Notes: generated by a model not told the origin, from the letters alone. A stretch of DNA of 61,726 nt from a virus (IMGVR_UViG_3300005611_000023:1-61726), one strand, 5' to 3'. Numbered from the stretch's first letter, positions 1 through 9,093 are shown. Made by a program: numbers and translations.

Positions 1-77
1 ATACCGGAAGAGTTTATTCAGCAGCGTAATGACTATTACTTAAAGCAGAATCAAGCTCAGATGGAGTCTGTAGACAA
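1..77. repeat. Terminal direct repeat (assembly circularisation overlap), left copy
   Basis: Bases 1-77 are identical to 61650-61726; 77 is a common assembler k-mer; the repeat lies inside a CDS. Confidence 0.95.
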
Positions 78-159
78 CAACTTTATGCGTGAGAACGATC
101 CTCGGATGCCTCTATTTGCGGATAGAAAGTCCAAGACATCGTTTGGGAAAGGCAATTAA
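1..159 (+). CDS. 3' part of conserved head-module protein spanning the circular junction (starts 61338)
   Basis: Frame 1 reads IPEEFIQQRNDYY...SFGKGN-stop (TAA 157-159) and continues the ORF from 61338 across the overlap. Confidence 0.85.
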   Translation: MPEEFIQQRNDYYLKQNQAQMESVDNNFMRENDPRMPLFADRKSKTSFGKGN

Positions 160-179
160 ATTTTTTAGGAGAATGAGCA

Positions 180-788
180 ATGGCTACTACAGCAGCTCCA
201 TATGGCCTGAAGCCGGTAAAACGCGCTGATGGCATGCCCTATGCAGGGGCTACTTCTACCTATCTGATTGATCCTGCTGGTGAAGCTACTAACCTGTTTA
301 ACGGTCAAGTAGTCACTATTGGGGCAGATGGGTATATCGCACTGGCTACAGGCACAGGCGCGGACATCACTACTAACAACCTCGGCGGTGACACTATTGG
401 TGCTATCGGTGTATTTGTTGGTTGTGAGTACGTTAACGCTCAGGGCCAAGTAATCCACTCTCAGTATTACCCAACGGGTACCGCTAACGGTGGGCCGATT
501 AAAGCGTATGTTGTTGACGATCCAAATGTACTGTTCCAAGCACAGCTTGACGGTTCTGGAGCGCAAACCATCATCGGTACAATCACGAAGTTTGCTGCTC
601 AGCAGTCTACTTCTACTGGTTCTACTACGACTGGTAACTCAACTTCAGCGTTGGACGCTACAGTCCAAACTACAGTAGGCGCGTTTAAGATCGTTGGTCA
701 CGTGTCTGATCCTTCGGACGATTACCCAGATGTTTTGGTCAAGATCACCAATGGTGCTCACATGATGACCATGAACACTGGCGTATAA
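180..788 (+). CDS. Virion structural protein (probable capsid-associated/decoration protein)
   Basis: 202 aa, G/T/A-rich, AGGAG RBS, immediately upstream of the major capsid gene. Confidence 0.6.
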   Translation: MATTAAPYGLKPVKRADGMPYAGATSTYLIDPAGEATNLFNGQVVTIGADGYIALATGTGADITTNNLGGDTIGAIGVFVGCEYVNAQGQVIHSQYYPTGTANGGPIKAYVVDDPNVLFQAQLDGSGAQTIIGTITKFAAQQSTSTGSTTTGNSTSALDATVQTTVGAFKIVGHVSDPSDDYPDVLVKITNGAHMMTMNTGV

Positions 789-801
789 GGAGTAATACAA
801 C

Positions 802-1713
802 ATGGCAATTTCACGCGCCCAGCTCCTTAAAGAGCTACTTCCCGGTCTGAACGCACTGTTCGGCTTGGAATATCAAAAGTATGGTGAAGAGCACAAAGAA
901 ATCTTTGAAGCAGAGACTTCTGAGCGTTCTTTCGAGGAAGAAACTAAGTTGTCTGGATTTGGAACTGCTCCTGTAAAGGAAGAAGGTTCTTCAATCTCTT
1001 ATGACAACGCACAAGAAGCATGGACTTCGCGTTACACACACGAAACTATTGCTCTTGGATTCTCTATCACTGAAGAAGCGGTAGAAGATAACCTATATGA
1101 CTCATTGTCATCTCGTTATACCAAGGCATTGGCTCGTGCTATGGCGTACACCAAGCAGACTAAGGCTGCTGCTGTACTGAACAACGGCTTCGACTCTAGC
1201 TACACTGGTGGCGATGGTGTTGAGCTATTTTCTACAGCGCACCCACTTGTTTCTGGTGGAACTAACTCAAACGAGCCTTCAACTGCGGCTGACCTTAACG
1301 AAACTTCTTTGGAAGCGGCTGTTATTCAGATTGCAGGTTGGACTGACGAGCGTGGTCTGTTGATTGCAGCTAAGCCACGTAAGCTCATCATTCCACCAGC
1401 GTTGATGTTCGTTGCAACTCGTCTTCTCGATACGGAAGGCCGTGTAGGAACTGCGGATAACGATTTGAACGCACTGCGCTCAAATGGTGCCATCCCAGAA
1501 GGCTACACAGTCAACCACTTCTTGACTGACGATGACGCATGGTTCTTGACTACTGATGTACCTAACGGTCTCAAGCACTTCGTACGTACGCCAATGGCGA
1601 CTGGTATGGACGGTGACTTCGATACTGGTAACGTACGTTACAAGGCTCGTGAGCGTTACAGCTTCGGCTGGTCAGACCCACTGGGAATCTTCGGATCTCC
1701 GGGTGCTGCGTAA
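802..1713 (+). CDS. Major capsid protein
   Basis: 303 aa, MAISRAQLLKELLPGLNALFGLEY N-terminus typical of aquatic phage capsids, strong AAGGAG RBS, followed by a terminator, position after scaffold. Confidence 0.85.
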   Translation: MAISRAQLLKELLPGLNALFGLEYQKYGEEHKEIFEAETSERSFEEETKLSGFGTAPVKEEGSSISYDNAQEAWTSRYTHETIALGFSITEEAVEDNLYDSLSSRYTKALARAMAYTKQTKAAAVLNNGFDSSYTGGDGVELFSTAHPLVSGGTNSNEPSTAADLNETSLEAAVIQIAGWTDERGLLIAAKPRKLIIPPALMFVATRLLDTEGRVGTADNDLNALRSNGAIPEGYTVNHFLTDDDAWFLTTDVPNGLKHFVRTPMATGMDGDFDTGNVRYKARERYSFGWSDPLGIFGSPGAA

Positions 1714-1737
1714 GTAGCTTTTAAGCTACTGCAATAG

Positions 1738-1760
1738 GGGGAGCTTCGGCTCCCCTTTTT
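1738..1760 (+). terminator. Rho-independent terminator after capsid gene
   Basis: GGGGAGC-TTCG-GCTCCCC followed by TTTTT. Confidence 0.9.
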
Positions 1761-1762
1761 AT

Positions 1763-1791
1763 TTGACTCAATCTTTTACCTGTGCTTTAGT
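1763..1791 (+). promoter_or_regulatory. Putative sigma70 promoter
   Basis: TTGACT-17 nt-TTTAGT with TGn extension, just after the terminator. Confidence 0.45.
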
Positions 1792-1799
1792 AAGCGTAA

Positions 1800-1866
1800 C
1801 TAGGAAATTGGTGCGTCGGACTGACCTAGCAGACGACATGCAGACAGGCGCACTTAACTCGCATGT
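1800..1866 (+). ncRNA. Candidate structured RNA (double pseudoknot) in 5' leader of gene 1879
   Basis: Three crossing helices: CTAGG 1800-04/CCTAG 1825-29; GTGCGTC 1811-17/GGCGCAC 1847-53; ACATGC 1836-41/GCATGT 1861-66. Confidence 0.55.
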
Positions 1867-1878
1867 GAGGACATCGCA

Positions 1879-2361
1879 ATGGCATCAACTACCTTTTCAG
1901 GTCCAGTCACCTCTACGGCTGGCTTTATTACAGGATCAGATTCTCTCGTAAGTGTTGCAGCAAACGTTACGTTAACTTCAGCAGCTCACGCAGGGCGTAC
2001 AATGGTTCTCGGTGTTGCTACAGGAGCAACTGTTACTCTCCCTGCCGCAACTGGTACAGGTAACATCTACCGTTTCTTCGTTGGAACTACTGTAACTTCA
2101 AACGACTACATTATTCAGGTTGCTAATGCGACTGACGTAATGGCTGGCGTTGCAATCGTTGCAAACGATTCAGATGCTTCTGCTTCTATCTTTGAGACAG
2201 CGGCTGATTCAGACACTATTACCCTCGACGGTTCTACAACTGGCGGCATCCTTGGGCAAGTCATTACGATCCAAGACATGGCTTCCGGCGTATTTTCTGT
2301 AGTTTCCACAGGTGCGGCGACTGGTACAGAAGCGACTCCATTCTCTGCGGCAGTATCGTAA
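1879..2361 (+). CDS. Virion structural protein
   Basis: 160 aa, T/A/G/S-rich beta-type composition, MASTTFSGPV start, GAGG RBS. Confidence 0.6.
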   Translation: MASTTFSGPVTSTAGFITGSDSLVSVAANVTLTSAAHAGRTMVLGVATGATVTLPAATGTGNIYRFFVGTTVTSNDYIIQVANATDVMAGVAIVANDSDASASIFETAADSDTITLDGSTTGGILGQVITIQDMASGVFSVVSTGAATGTEATPFSAAVS

Positions 2362-2371
2362 GGGGTGAGCT

Positions 2372-2476
2372 ATGGGCAACTTGAACAGCAAGGTGCTTAA
2401 TAAGGCAAAAAAAGCAGCGGCCCCTAAAAAGACCGCTGCTAAGAAGCCTGCAGCATCCAAAAAGAAAGAGGACTAA
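2372..2476 (+). CDS. 34-aa Lys/Ala-rich histone-H1-like peptide (not in ORF track)
   Basis: MGNLNSKVLNKAKKAAAPKKTAAKKPAASKKKED; fills the gap between genes; GGGGTG RBS. Confidence 0.6.
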   Translation: MGNLNSKVLNKAKKAAAPKKTAAKKPAASKKKED

Positions 2477-2479
2477 GCT

Positions 2480-3088
2480 ATGTCTAGTTCGGATATTGAA
2501 GCCGCGTTCATCGAGGCCGCCGCTGCTGATGCTGATGGTGTTGCTACCGCGATTAACCTAGCTGAAGCGGGTGATCTGACTATTGATGGGGCACTTGCTT
2601 CTGGTGGATCGGTAACGTTTGACGAGCCACGTAACGTGACCATTACTTCTACTGGCGACGATACAGGCGTGACGTTCACTGTGACCGGCACAGATGAAAC
2701 TGGCGCGGCGCAGACCGAAGCGATTACTGGCGTAAATGCTGGTGCAGCAACAGGTACTAGCTATTTCGCTACGGTTACTCAGATCGCGGCAAGTGGCGCT
2801 ACTGACGGTAACGTGACCGCTGGATCTGGTTCTTCTATTGCGGCAGTAATTTTCCGTGGGCCTTTGAGACTGCGCGGCATATATGTCGTGAACTCTGGCA
2901 CTGCGGGGACCATTACTTTCCGTCAAGGGTCAGCTACTGGTGCAATCCGCATGCAGTACAACACAACAGGAACCGATGCGAGCACTGAGTATCCGTCTGT
3001 CCCTGACTACGGCATCCTTTTCAAAGAGGGTGGCTACGTGACGTACGCGCAAGCGGCTTTGTCTTCAATGACATTGTTTTATAGCTAG
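2480..3088 (+). CDS. Virion structural protein
   Basis: 202 aa, A/G/T-rich, GAGG RBS, in head module. Confidence 0.55.
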   Translation: MSSSDIEAAFIEAAAADADGVATAINLAEAGDLTIDGALASGGSVTFDEPRNVTITSTGDDTGVTFTVTGTDETGAAQTEAITGVNAGAATGTSYFATVTQIAASGATDGNVTAGSGSSIAAVIFRGPLRLRGIYVVNSGTAGTITFRQGSATGAIRMQYNTTGTDASTEYPSVPDYGILFKEGGYVTYAQAALSSMTLFYS

Positions 3089-3095
3089 GGTTTTT

Positions 3096-3398
3096 ATGCG
3101 TGCTTACTACAAAAAAGGTGGTAAAACAGCCGCTTGGCAACGCAAAGAAGGAAAAAGTGAGTCTGGTGGGCTGAACGCCAAGGGCGTCGCTAGCTATCGG
3201 AAGCAGAACCCCGGTAGCAAGCTGAAGACGGCTGTCACTACTAAGCCCAGCAAACTCAAGAAAGGATCAAAAGCCGCTAAGCGCCGCGCTTCTTTTTGCG
3301 CTCGTATGAAGGGTATGAAGAAACGCTTAACTAGCGCGAAGACAGCGAATGATCCGAATAGCCGCATTAACAAAAGTTTACGTAAGTGGAACTGCTAA
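3096..3398 (+). CDS. Small highly basic conserved phage protein
   Basis: 100 aa K/R-rich; RRASFCARM and SLRKWNC motifs. Confidence 0.7.
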   Translation: MRAYYKKGGKTAAWQRKEGKSESGGLNAKGVASYRKQNPGSKLKTAVTTKPSKLKKGSKAAKRRASFCARMKGMKKRLTSAKTANDPNSRINKSLRKWNC

Positions 3399-3634
3399 TG
3401 GCGAGCAAGATACAAAAACTCAGCGAAGTTACAGTGTCGATGGAAGACCGGGAACTGCAGGCAAAGGATGTATTACTGCTGTTAGCTGGGCATGAAGAAG
3501 AATGTAGTTCTAGGTACGAACGTATAGAAGAGAAGCTGGCCGATCAAAAGGCGTTTCTTGAGAAATTAGATCTACGGATGTGGGGCTTAGCCGTACTTAT
3601 CGTAGGTGTTGCTGTAGCAGAGAGGTTTATGTAA
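3398..3634 (+). CDS. Small coiled-coil protein with C-terminal TM helix
   Basis: ATG overlaps upstream TAA; HEEECSSRY coiled segment then hydrophobic tail. Confidence 0.6.
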   Translation: MASKIQKLSEVTVSMEDRELQAKDVLLLLAGHEEECSSRYERIEEKLADQKAFLEKLDLRMWGLAVLIVGVAVAERFM

Positions 3635-3888
3635 TGGCGAGTAAATTATTGAAAGCAGTCAGCCCTTTAGCGGCGGCTAGTGGTGGGATCAAGAGCTTCG
3701 CTCAGAACTTCTCGCCCATGTACAACCTTGCCAAAAAAGATGACAAGGAAAACGACTCCTTACTTCGTAAAGCTATGAAGCAGGGCGCAGCGGGTAAAGC
3801 TGCCGGTATGAAGAAAGGTGGCAAAGTTAAGAAGAACCGTGGTGACGGTATCGCTCAACGTGGTAAGACAAAAGGACGTTTTGTATGA
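3634..3888 (+). CDS. Small basic protein with MKKGG and RGDGIAQRGKTKG motifs
   Basis: ATG 3634 overlaps upstream TAA; GAGG RBS. Confidence 0.65.
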   Translation: MASKLLKAVSPLAAASGGIKSFAQNFSPMYNLAKKDDKENDSLLRKAMKQGAAGKAAGMKKGGKVKKNRGDGIAQRGKTKGRFV

Positions 3889-4241
3889 AAAAGCAAACAA
3901 AGATGGCTCGTGGCGGTAAAATGCCTATGACCAAAATGAAAGCAGGCGGCAGCAACAAAATGCCGATGGTAATGAAAGACGGCAAGATGGTACCTGCTTT
4001 TGCTGCGGATGGTGAGGGCAAAATGGCCCGTGGTGGCAAAACCAAGATGATGTCTCGCGGTGGCAAAACCGAAGAGAAGAAAATGGCTCGCGGCGGTAAG
4101 ACTAAGATGGCTCGCGGCGGTATGGCTAAGACTAAGATGGCTCGTGGTGGTGCGTCTACCGTTAAGAAAATGGGTCGCGGCGGATCAAGCGGCATCGATG
4201 GTTGCGCTATGAAGGGTAAGACTCGCGGTAGGGTAACCTAG
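3885..4241 (+). CDS. Basic repeat protein with eight MxxGG motifs
   Basis: 118 aa: 5x MARGG plus MKAGG, MSRGG, MGRGG; ATGA overlap. Confidence 0.75.
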   Translation: MKKQTKMARGGKMPMTKMKAGGSNKMPMVMKDGKMVPAFAADGEGKMARGGKTKMMSRGGKTEEKKMARGGKTKMARGGMAKTKMARGGASTVKKMGRGGSSGIDGCAMKGKTRGRVT

Positions 4242-4245
4242 CACC

Positions 4246-4701
4246 GTGGCGGAACGTGGTAATAAAGCGGTAGGGGAAGCACTTGTAAAAAACTACAAGG
4301 ATGGCGACTCCTGCCCTATTGCTACAACTGACGTAGCCCTTAATACGAAAAACCGCGACATCGCTGTTAAAGAGCGAGGTTACGGACCCATGAATCCGGG
4401 CGAGCCTAACAAAAAGTTTTGGAAGGGTATCGCTGATTTATGGGACATTTCGGAAGAAGAGGCTAAGTCTTCCCGTTGTGCGAACTGTGCGGCGTTTATT
4501 CAGACCCCCAAAATGCTGGCGTGCATTGAAAACGGGTTGGGGCTTGATGATGACTATGCGCCGCAAGGCGCGAAAGATATGGGCGAAAATCGGTCCAGAA
4601 CGCTTGAAGCCGCTGACTTGGGTTATTGCCAACTGTTTGCGTTTAAATGCGCGGCGGATCGGACTTGTAGGGCGTGGCTTTTTGGAGGCCCAATCAAGTA
4701 A
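4246..4701 (+). CDS. Cys-rich protein (possible metal/Fe-S binding)
   Basis: CANC...GYC...KC...TCRAW cysteine pattern. Confidence 0.6.
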   Translation: MAERGNKAVGEALVKNYKDGDSCPIATTDVALNTKNRDIAVKERGYGPMNPGEPNKKFWKGIADLWDISEEEAKSSRCANCAAFIQTPKMLACIENGLGLDDDYAPQGAKDMGENRSRTLEAADLGYCQLFAFKCAADRTCRAWLFGGPIK

Positions 4702-5162
4702 TGCAGTGGGTAAAAGAGTGGATTGCTGAGTTATCAGTTCCCGATGGAAAAACGGGAGTCCCTCTTTGTCCTTTTGCGAAAAAGGCTTGGGATAGCGGAC
4801 TAGTAAAAGTTGTGAACACGAACGCCCTATGGGACACGGTTCACCAAGAAGTTAAAAGTTTTGGCACGTATAAAGTTGTTATGTGCGTGCAGGACGACCC
4901 ACAGCAGGGGTATGAGGAGCTGGAGGCACGCTGTGATGCGTTGAACAACTGGTTTGTTTTTGTGGGGATGGACATTTGGTTGTTGTCCTACCAGAAAGAT
5001 AAAACCATTGTGTTTGTTCAACCATTGTCAGATTTGGACTCCGCTGCCGTTGCCCTAGAGAAATTGGGGTACTATGCTGGGTATTCACCGGAAGATTACG
5101 ACCGGTTGATACAGAAACGACGGATTTTGCGTAAGGGGCTCGACGATGAGACGTTATTATAA
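4701..5162 (+). CDS. Hypothetical protein (CPFA motif)
   Basis: ATG overlaps upstream TAA; PLCPFAKKAW. Confidence 0.55.
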   Translation: MQWVKEWIAELSVPDGKTGVPLCPFAKKAWDSGLVKVVNTNALWDTVHQEVKSFGTYKVVMCVQDDPQQGYEELEARCDALNNWFVFVGMDIWLLSYQKDKTIVFVQPLSDLDSAAVALEKLGYYAGYSPEDYDRLIQKRRILRKGLDDETLL

Positions 5163-5313
5163 GGCGGGGGGCTCTACAAAGGACGCTTGTTATAGCAAGG
5201 TGAAGGCCCGCTATAGGGTATTTCCAAGTGCTTATGCAAGCGGTGCCATTGCTAAGTGTCGAAAAGTCGGGGCTAAGAACTGGGGCAATAAGAGTGGCGG
5301 TAAGAAAAAGTAA
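5146..5313 (+). CDS. 55-aa basic protein (not in ORF track)
   Basis: MRRYYKAGGSTKDACYSKVKARYRVFPSAYASGAIAKCRKVGAKNWGNKSGGKKK; start resembles MRAYYKKGG of gene 3096. Confidence 0.7.
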   Translation: MRRYYKAGGSTKDACYSKVKARYRVFPSAYASGAIAKCRKVGAKNWGNKSGGKKK

Positions 5314-5569
5314 AAAGGGCGCCGCCCTCAAACGTTGGTTCAAAGAGGACTGGAAAGATGTTCGTACTGGGAAAGCATGTGGACGTAAAGAAGGTGAAAA
5401 GCGCGGTACGCCGTATTGTAGACCAAGCAAAAGAGTTTCTAGCAAAACTCCAAAAACGTCTGGGGAAATGACGGCAGCGGAGAAGAAGAAACGTATAGCG
5501 CAGAAAAAGCGTCTAGGACAACCAGCAGGTAAGCCACGTCGAGTGGCCCCAGCTAAAAGGAAGAAGTGA
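5294..5569 (+). CDS. Small highly basic conserved phage protein
   Basis: GTG start; LKRWFKEDWKDV...CGR...PYCRPSKRVS. Confidence 0.7.
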   Translation: MAVRKSKKGAALKRWFKEDWKDVRTGKACGRKEGEKRGTPYCRPSKRVSSKTPKTSGEMTAAEKKKRIAQKKRLGQPAGKPRRVAPAKRKK

Positions 5570-6249
5570 TGGCAACATCGGGAACCGCAACATTTGATTT
5601 AGACCTTAACAACTTGGTTGAGGAAGCCTTTGAGCGTTGTGGTGTGGAGCTTCGTTCTGGTTATGATATGCGTACAGCGCGGCGTAGCCTCAACCTCCTG
5701 ACTATCGAGTGGGCTAACCGTGGTATTAACCTGTGGACTATTGAGGAAGGCTCCGTAGCTCTGACCCAAGGCACAGGCACGTACGATCTCCCTGCTGACA
5801 CTATTGACCTGCTCGACCACGTGGTTCGTACCGGTAGTGGTTCTACTCAATCGGATATCAGCATCACCCGTATTAGTGTGGCCACTTACGCCAGTATTCC
5901 TAACAAAAATGTTCAGGGGCGTCCGATTCAAGTGTGGATTGACCGTCAAGCGGATGTGCCACAGATTAACGTATGGCCTACTCCGAACAACGAAACGTAC
6001 ACCTTTGCGTACTGGCGTATGCGCCGTATCCAAGATGCGGGTAACGGTGTGAACACACAAGATATTCCATTCCGTATGCTGCCTTGTTTGGTGGCCGGAC
6101 TAGCATATTACCTGTCCCTGAAGATTCCAGAGGCGATGAACCGTATTGAGATGCTGAAAGCATCATATGAAGAACAGTGGAACCTAGCGTCCTCCGAAGA
6201 TCGAGATAAGTCTTCGCTGCGTTTGGCACCGCGTGAGTTCTTCTATTAA
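5569..6249 (+). CDS. Head-tail connector/adaptor-like protein
   Basis: About 226 aa; YDLPAD and INVWPTP motifs typical of podovirus adaptor proteins; position. Confidence 0.55.
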   Translation: MATSGTATFDLDLNNLVEEAFERCGVELRSGYDMRTARRSLNLLTIEWANRGINLWTIEEGSVALTQGTGTYDLPADTIDLLDHVVRTGSGSTQSDISITRISVATYASIPNKNVQGRPIQVWIDRQADVPQINVWPTPNNETYTFAYWRMRRIQDAGNGVNTQDIPFRMLPCLVAGLAYYLSLKIPEAMNRIEMLKASYEEQWNLASSEDRDKSSLRLAPREFFY

Positions 6250-6258
6250 GGAGTAGCT

Positions 6259-6612
6259 ATGGCTGTAAAGTTTGCCTCCGGCAAAAGAGCGATAGCCGTA
6301 TGTGATCGGTGTGGGTTTCAGTACAAGTTGAAGCAGTTGAAACCGCTGACGATCAAGACAGAACAAGTAAATATTATGGTCTGCCCCACGTGTTGGGAAC
6401 CAGATCAGCCGCAGCTACAGTTGGGCATGTATACGATTACAGACCCACAGGCGCTACGGAACCCGAGACCGGATAGCTCATATGAGCAGTCTCGTGATAT
6501 ACAGTGGGGGTGGAACCCTGTAGGGTTATATAATCCTTTGAAAATTAGTGGGTTACCAGATAACCTTAAAGCTGACGCTGAAGTCGGCACAGTGACCGTA
6601 ACGACTTCGTAG
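6259..6612 (+). CDS. Zn-finger protein
   Basis: CDRCG...CPTCWE; AAGGAG RBS. Confidence 0.7.
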   Translation: MAVKFASGKRAIAVCDRCGFQYKLKQLKPLTIKTEQVNIMVCPTCWEPDQPQLQLGMYTITDPQALRNPRPDSSYEQSRDIQWGWNPVGLYNPLKISGLPDNLKADAEVGTVTVTTS

Positions 6613-6621
6613 GAGAAAGCG

Positions 6622-6774
6622 ATGAAAGTAAAAGCTATGCCAAACCAACCACAGTCGGTACCAGTGCCGAATGTTGATGGCTACCCAAACAACGTGCCCA
6701 ATACCCAGACCAAGAAGATGCGCGGTGCTGGTGCGGCAACGAAAGGCACAGGTTTCAGCGGAAAGTCTAACTAA
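6622..6774 (+). CDS. 50-aa peptide with RGAGAATKG motif (not in ORF track)
   Basis: AGGAG RBS; stop overlaps next ATG; C-terminal motif resembles genes 3634 and 3885. Confidence 0.7.
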   Translation: MKVKAMPNQPQSVPVPNVDGYPNNVPNTQTKKMRGAGAATKGTGFSGKSN

Positions 6775-7451
6775 TGAATTACGCTACGTTGTTCAAAACA
6801 GTTCAGGCGTATGCGGAGAATGATTTCCCCGATACGGTTGTTATTGATACGTCTAGTAACGCTACTGATTTCTTAGCTAAGGAACAGATTGACACGTTTA
6901 TTAGACAGGCTGAACAGCGCGTTTTTAACACCGTTCAATTGTTGGAACTTCGTAAGAACGTGACGGGGTCGCTGACTAGCGATAACGAATACCTTACAGT
7001 GCCTTCAGATTGGCTAGCTAACTTCTCGTTAGCGGTTGTTAACACGGACGGCTCCTACGGCTACTTGTTGAATAAAGACGTTAACTTCATTCGTGAGGCG
7101 TTCCCAGATCCAAACAGCACGGGCACACCGACCCATTATGCTATGTTTGACGATCAGTCTTATATCGTTGGTCCTACGCCTGACGCCGACTACACCGTAG
7201 AACTACACTATTTCTATTATCCAAACTCAATCGTGGATTCAGCTACATCTTGGTTGGGTGATAACTTCGATTCTGTTCTGTTGTACGGCACCTTGCTTGA
7301 GGCGTATACGTTTATGAAAGGCGAGCAAGATGTACAAGCCAACTACCAAAAGCGGTACGATGAGGCTATGGCGCAACTGAAACTCCTTGGGGAGGGTAAG
7401 AATCGTCAAGATATGTACAGATCAGGACAAGCTAGGTACCCAGTACGATGA
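6774..7451 (+). CDS. Head-tail adaptor / tail tubular protein A-like
   Basis: 225 aa; VGPTPDADY and LLYGTLLEA motifs. Confidence 0.55.
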   Translation: MNYATLFKTVQAYAENDFPDTVVIDTSSNATDFLAKEQIDTFIRQAEQRVFNTVQLLELRKNVTGSLTSDNEYLTVPSDWLANFSLAVVNTDGSYGYLLNKDVNFIREAFPDPNSTGTPTHYAMFDDQSYIVGPTPDADYTVELHYFYYPNSIVDSATSWLGDNFDSVLLYGTLLEAYTFMKGEQDVQANYQKRYDEAMAQLKLLGEGKNRQDMYRSGQARYPVR

Positions 7452-7741
7452 ACAACATAGTTGATATAAATTTGCTGCTTGGCGGAGGCTTTCGAGTTGA
7501 AGCGACGCAGCATAGAGGTGCTACTCCAGAGGAGTTAGCCGAACGTGCTCTCGAACGGATCATTAGTGTTGGAGGGACTACACACCCTGCAATACGAGAT
7601 CAAGCAGAGGCTTTTAAGGAGAACATCCGGCAAGTTCTGGTGTTCTATATGAAAGAAGCTGTTCGGGCGAATCAGGTAACTTTGGCGAATAAGTTCAAAG
7701 ATGCCGGACACCCCGAATTAGTGAAACTCATAGATAGTTAA
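7448..7741 (+). CDS. Hypothetical protein
   Basis: 97-aa ORF coupled to neighbours. Confidence 0.65.
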   Translation: MNNIVDINLLLGGGFRVEATQHRGATPEELAERALERIISVGGTTHPAIRDQAEAFKENIRQVLVFYMKEAVRANQVTLANKFKDAGHPELVKLIDS

Positions 7742-7752
7742 AGGAGACCATC

Positions 7753-8226
7753 ATGGCCATTACTCAAACGATGTGTACATCCTTCAAAGCAGAGCTTTTG
7801 CTTGGATGTCACGATTTCCGCGATGCAAGCGGTGATACTTTTAAACTGGCGCTGTATACGTCATCTGCTTCGATTGATGCAAATACGACAGCATACACAG
7901 CTACTAACGAAGCCACAGGTACAAACTACTCTGCTGGCGGTGCGGCGTTAACTAACGGCGGTGTTACAGCTACCAACACTAACGCTTCTGCGGGTACAGG
8001 CTTCGCTGATTTTGACGACCTAACTTTCAGCAACGTCTCCATTACTGCTCGCGGCGCGTTGATTTACAACACTACGCCTTCGGCAAATGGTACGGCTAAC
8101 ACAGCTTTGACCAATGCTGCAGTAGCGGTTCTGGACTTCGGTGCGGATAAAACCGCGACAGATGGTGACTTCACAATCATCTTCCCAGCAGCCGATGCTT
8201 CTAACGCAATCATTCGTATCGCGTAA
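7753..8226 (+). CDS. Virion structural (tail-associated) protein
   Basis: 157 aa MAITQTMCTSFKAELL; AAGGAG RBS; A/T-rich. Confidence 0.65.
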   Translation: MAITQTMCTSFKAELLLGCHDFRDASGDTFKLALYTSSASIDANTTAYTATNEATGTNYSAGGAALTNGGVTATNTNASAGTGFADFDDLTFSNVSITARGALIYNTTPSANGTANTALTNAAVAVLDFGADKTATDGDFTIIFPAADASNAIIRIA

Positions 8227-8236
8227 GGCATAAGTA

Positions 8237-9085
8237 ATGGCCATTACGGGTTGGGGGGAACAAGGCTGGAGCGAAGACGGATTTGGTGGGTTAATTTCTG
8301 TCAACGTCAACGTGACTGGCGTTTCTGGCTTAGGTGAACTAGGCGAGGAAACCCCCAAGACCGTAAAGATCGTCATAACCACAGGCGTATCTGCGGAAGG
8401 CTTAGTGGGTATTGAAGACCCTGATACCAACGCTGAATGGGGTATCGGGGAGTGGAACCAGTCTCAACTTGGTTGGGGTGGTGCAAACCTTGACGTTGAT
8501 GTCTTCGTACCGGGGGTTGAGGCTTCTGGCCTACTCGGTGATGAAGAAGCACCACAAGGTGACGCTAACGTTAGTGTAACTGGTGTTTTAGGCACCGGGA
8601 CCGTTGACGCGGGGTCTGTAGTACAGATTCAGCAAAACTTAAATGTAACAGGGGTTAGTGCCGCTAATGACGTTGGCTCTGTTACTGCTAGAGCAGCGGC
8701 TAATACTACACAGACCGGTGTGGAAGCTACGGGCGAAGAAGGTACGGTAACCGAGATTACGGGTGATGCACTTGTATCGCTTACCAGTGTGACCGCTACG
8801 GCGGATGTTGGAGATCCTACTATTACTGGTACCGCCAACTTCTCGGTTACTGGCGTAACTGGTATTATGGCGCTTGGCAATGAAACGCCACGAGCCGGTG
8901 CAGATGTTGATGTTACTGGGGTAGAAGCTACTGGTGCGGAAGGCACTGCTACTGTGAGTATTGATAATCAGGCCGTTGTGACCGGCGTTTCTGCAACAGC
9001 AACGATTGATAGCCCACTTGTGTGGGGCGGAATTAACACTTCTCAAACCCCGAATTGGGTTGAGGTTGATACTAATGCGGCATGA
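8237..9085 (+). CDS. Tail-associated protein with VTGVxAxG repeats
   Basis: 282 aa acidic; repeated (V/T)TGV.A.G units and GWG/WG motifs. Confidence 0.6.
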   Translation: MAITGWGEQGWSEDGFGGLISVNVNVTGVSGLGELGEETPKTVKIVITTGVSAEGLVGIEDPDTNAEWGIGEWNQSQLGWGGANLDVDVFVPGVEASGLLGDEEAPQGDANVSVTGVLGTGTVDAGSVVQIQQNLNVTGVSAANDVGSVTARAAANTTQTGVEATGEEGTVTEITGDALVSLTSVTATADVGDPTITGTANFSVTGVTGIMALGNETPRAGADVDVTGVEATGAEGTATVSIDNQAVVTGVSATATIDSPLVWGGINTSQTPNWVEVDTNAA

Positions 9086-9093
9086 GGTGAGAA

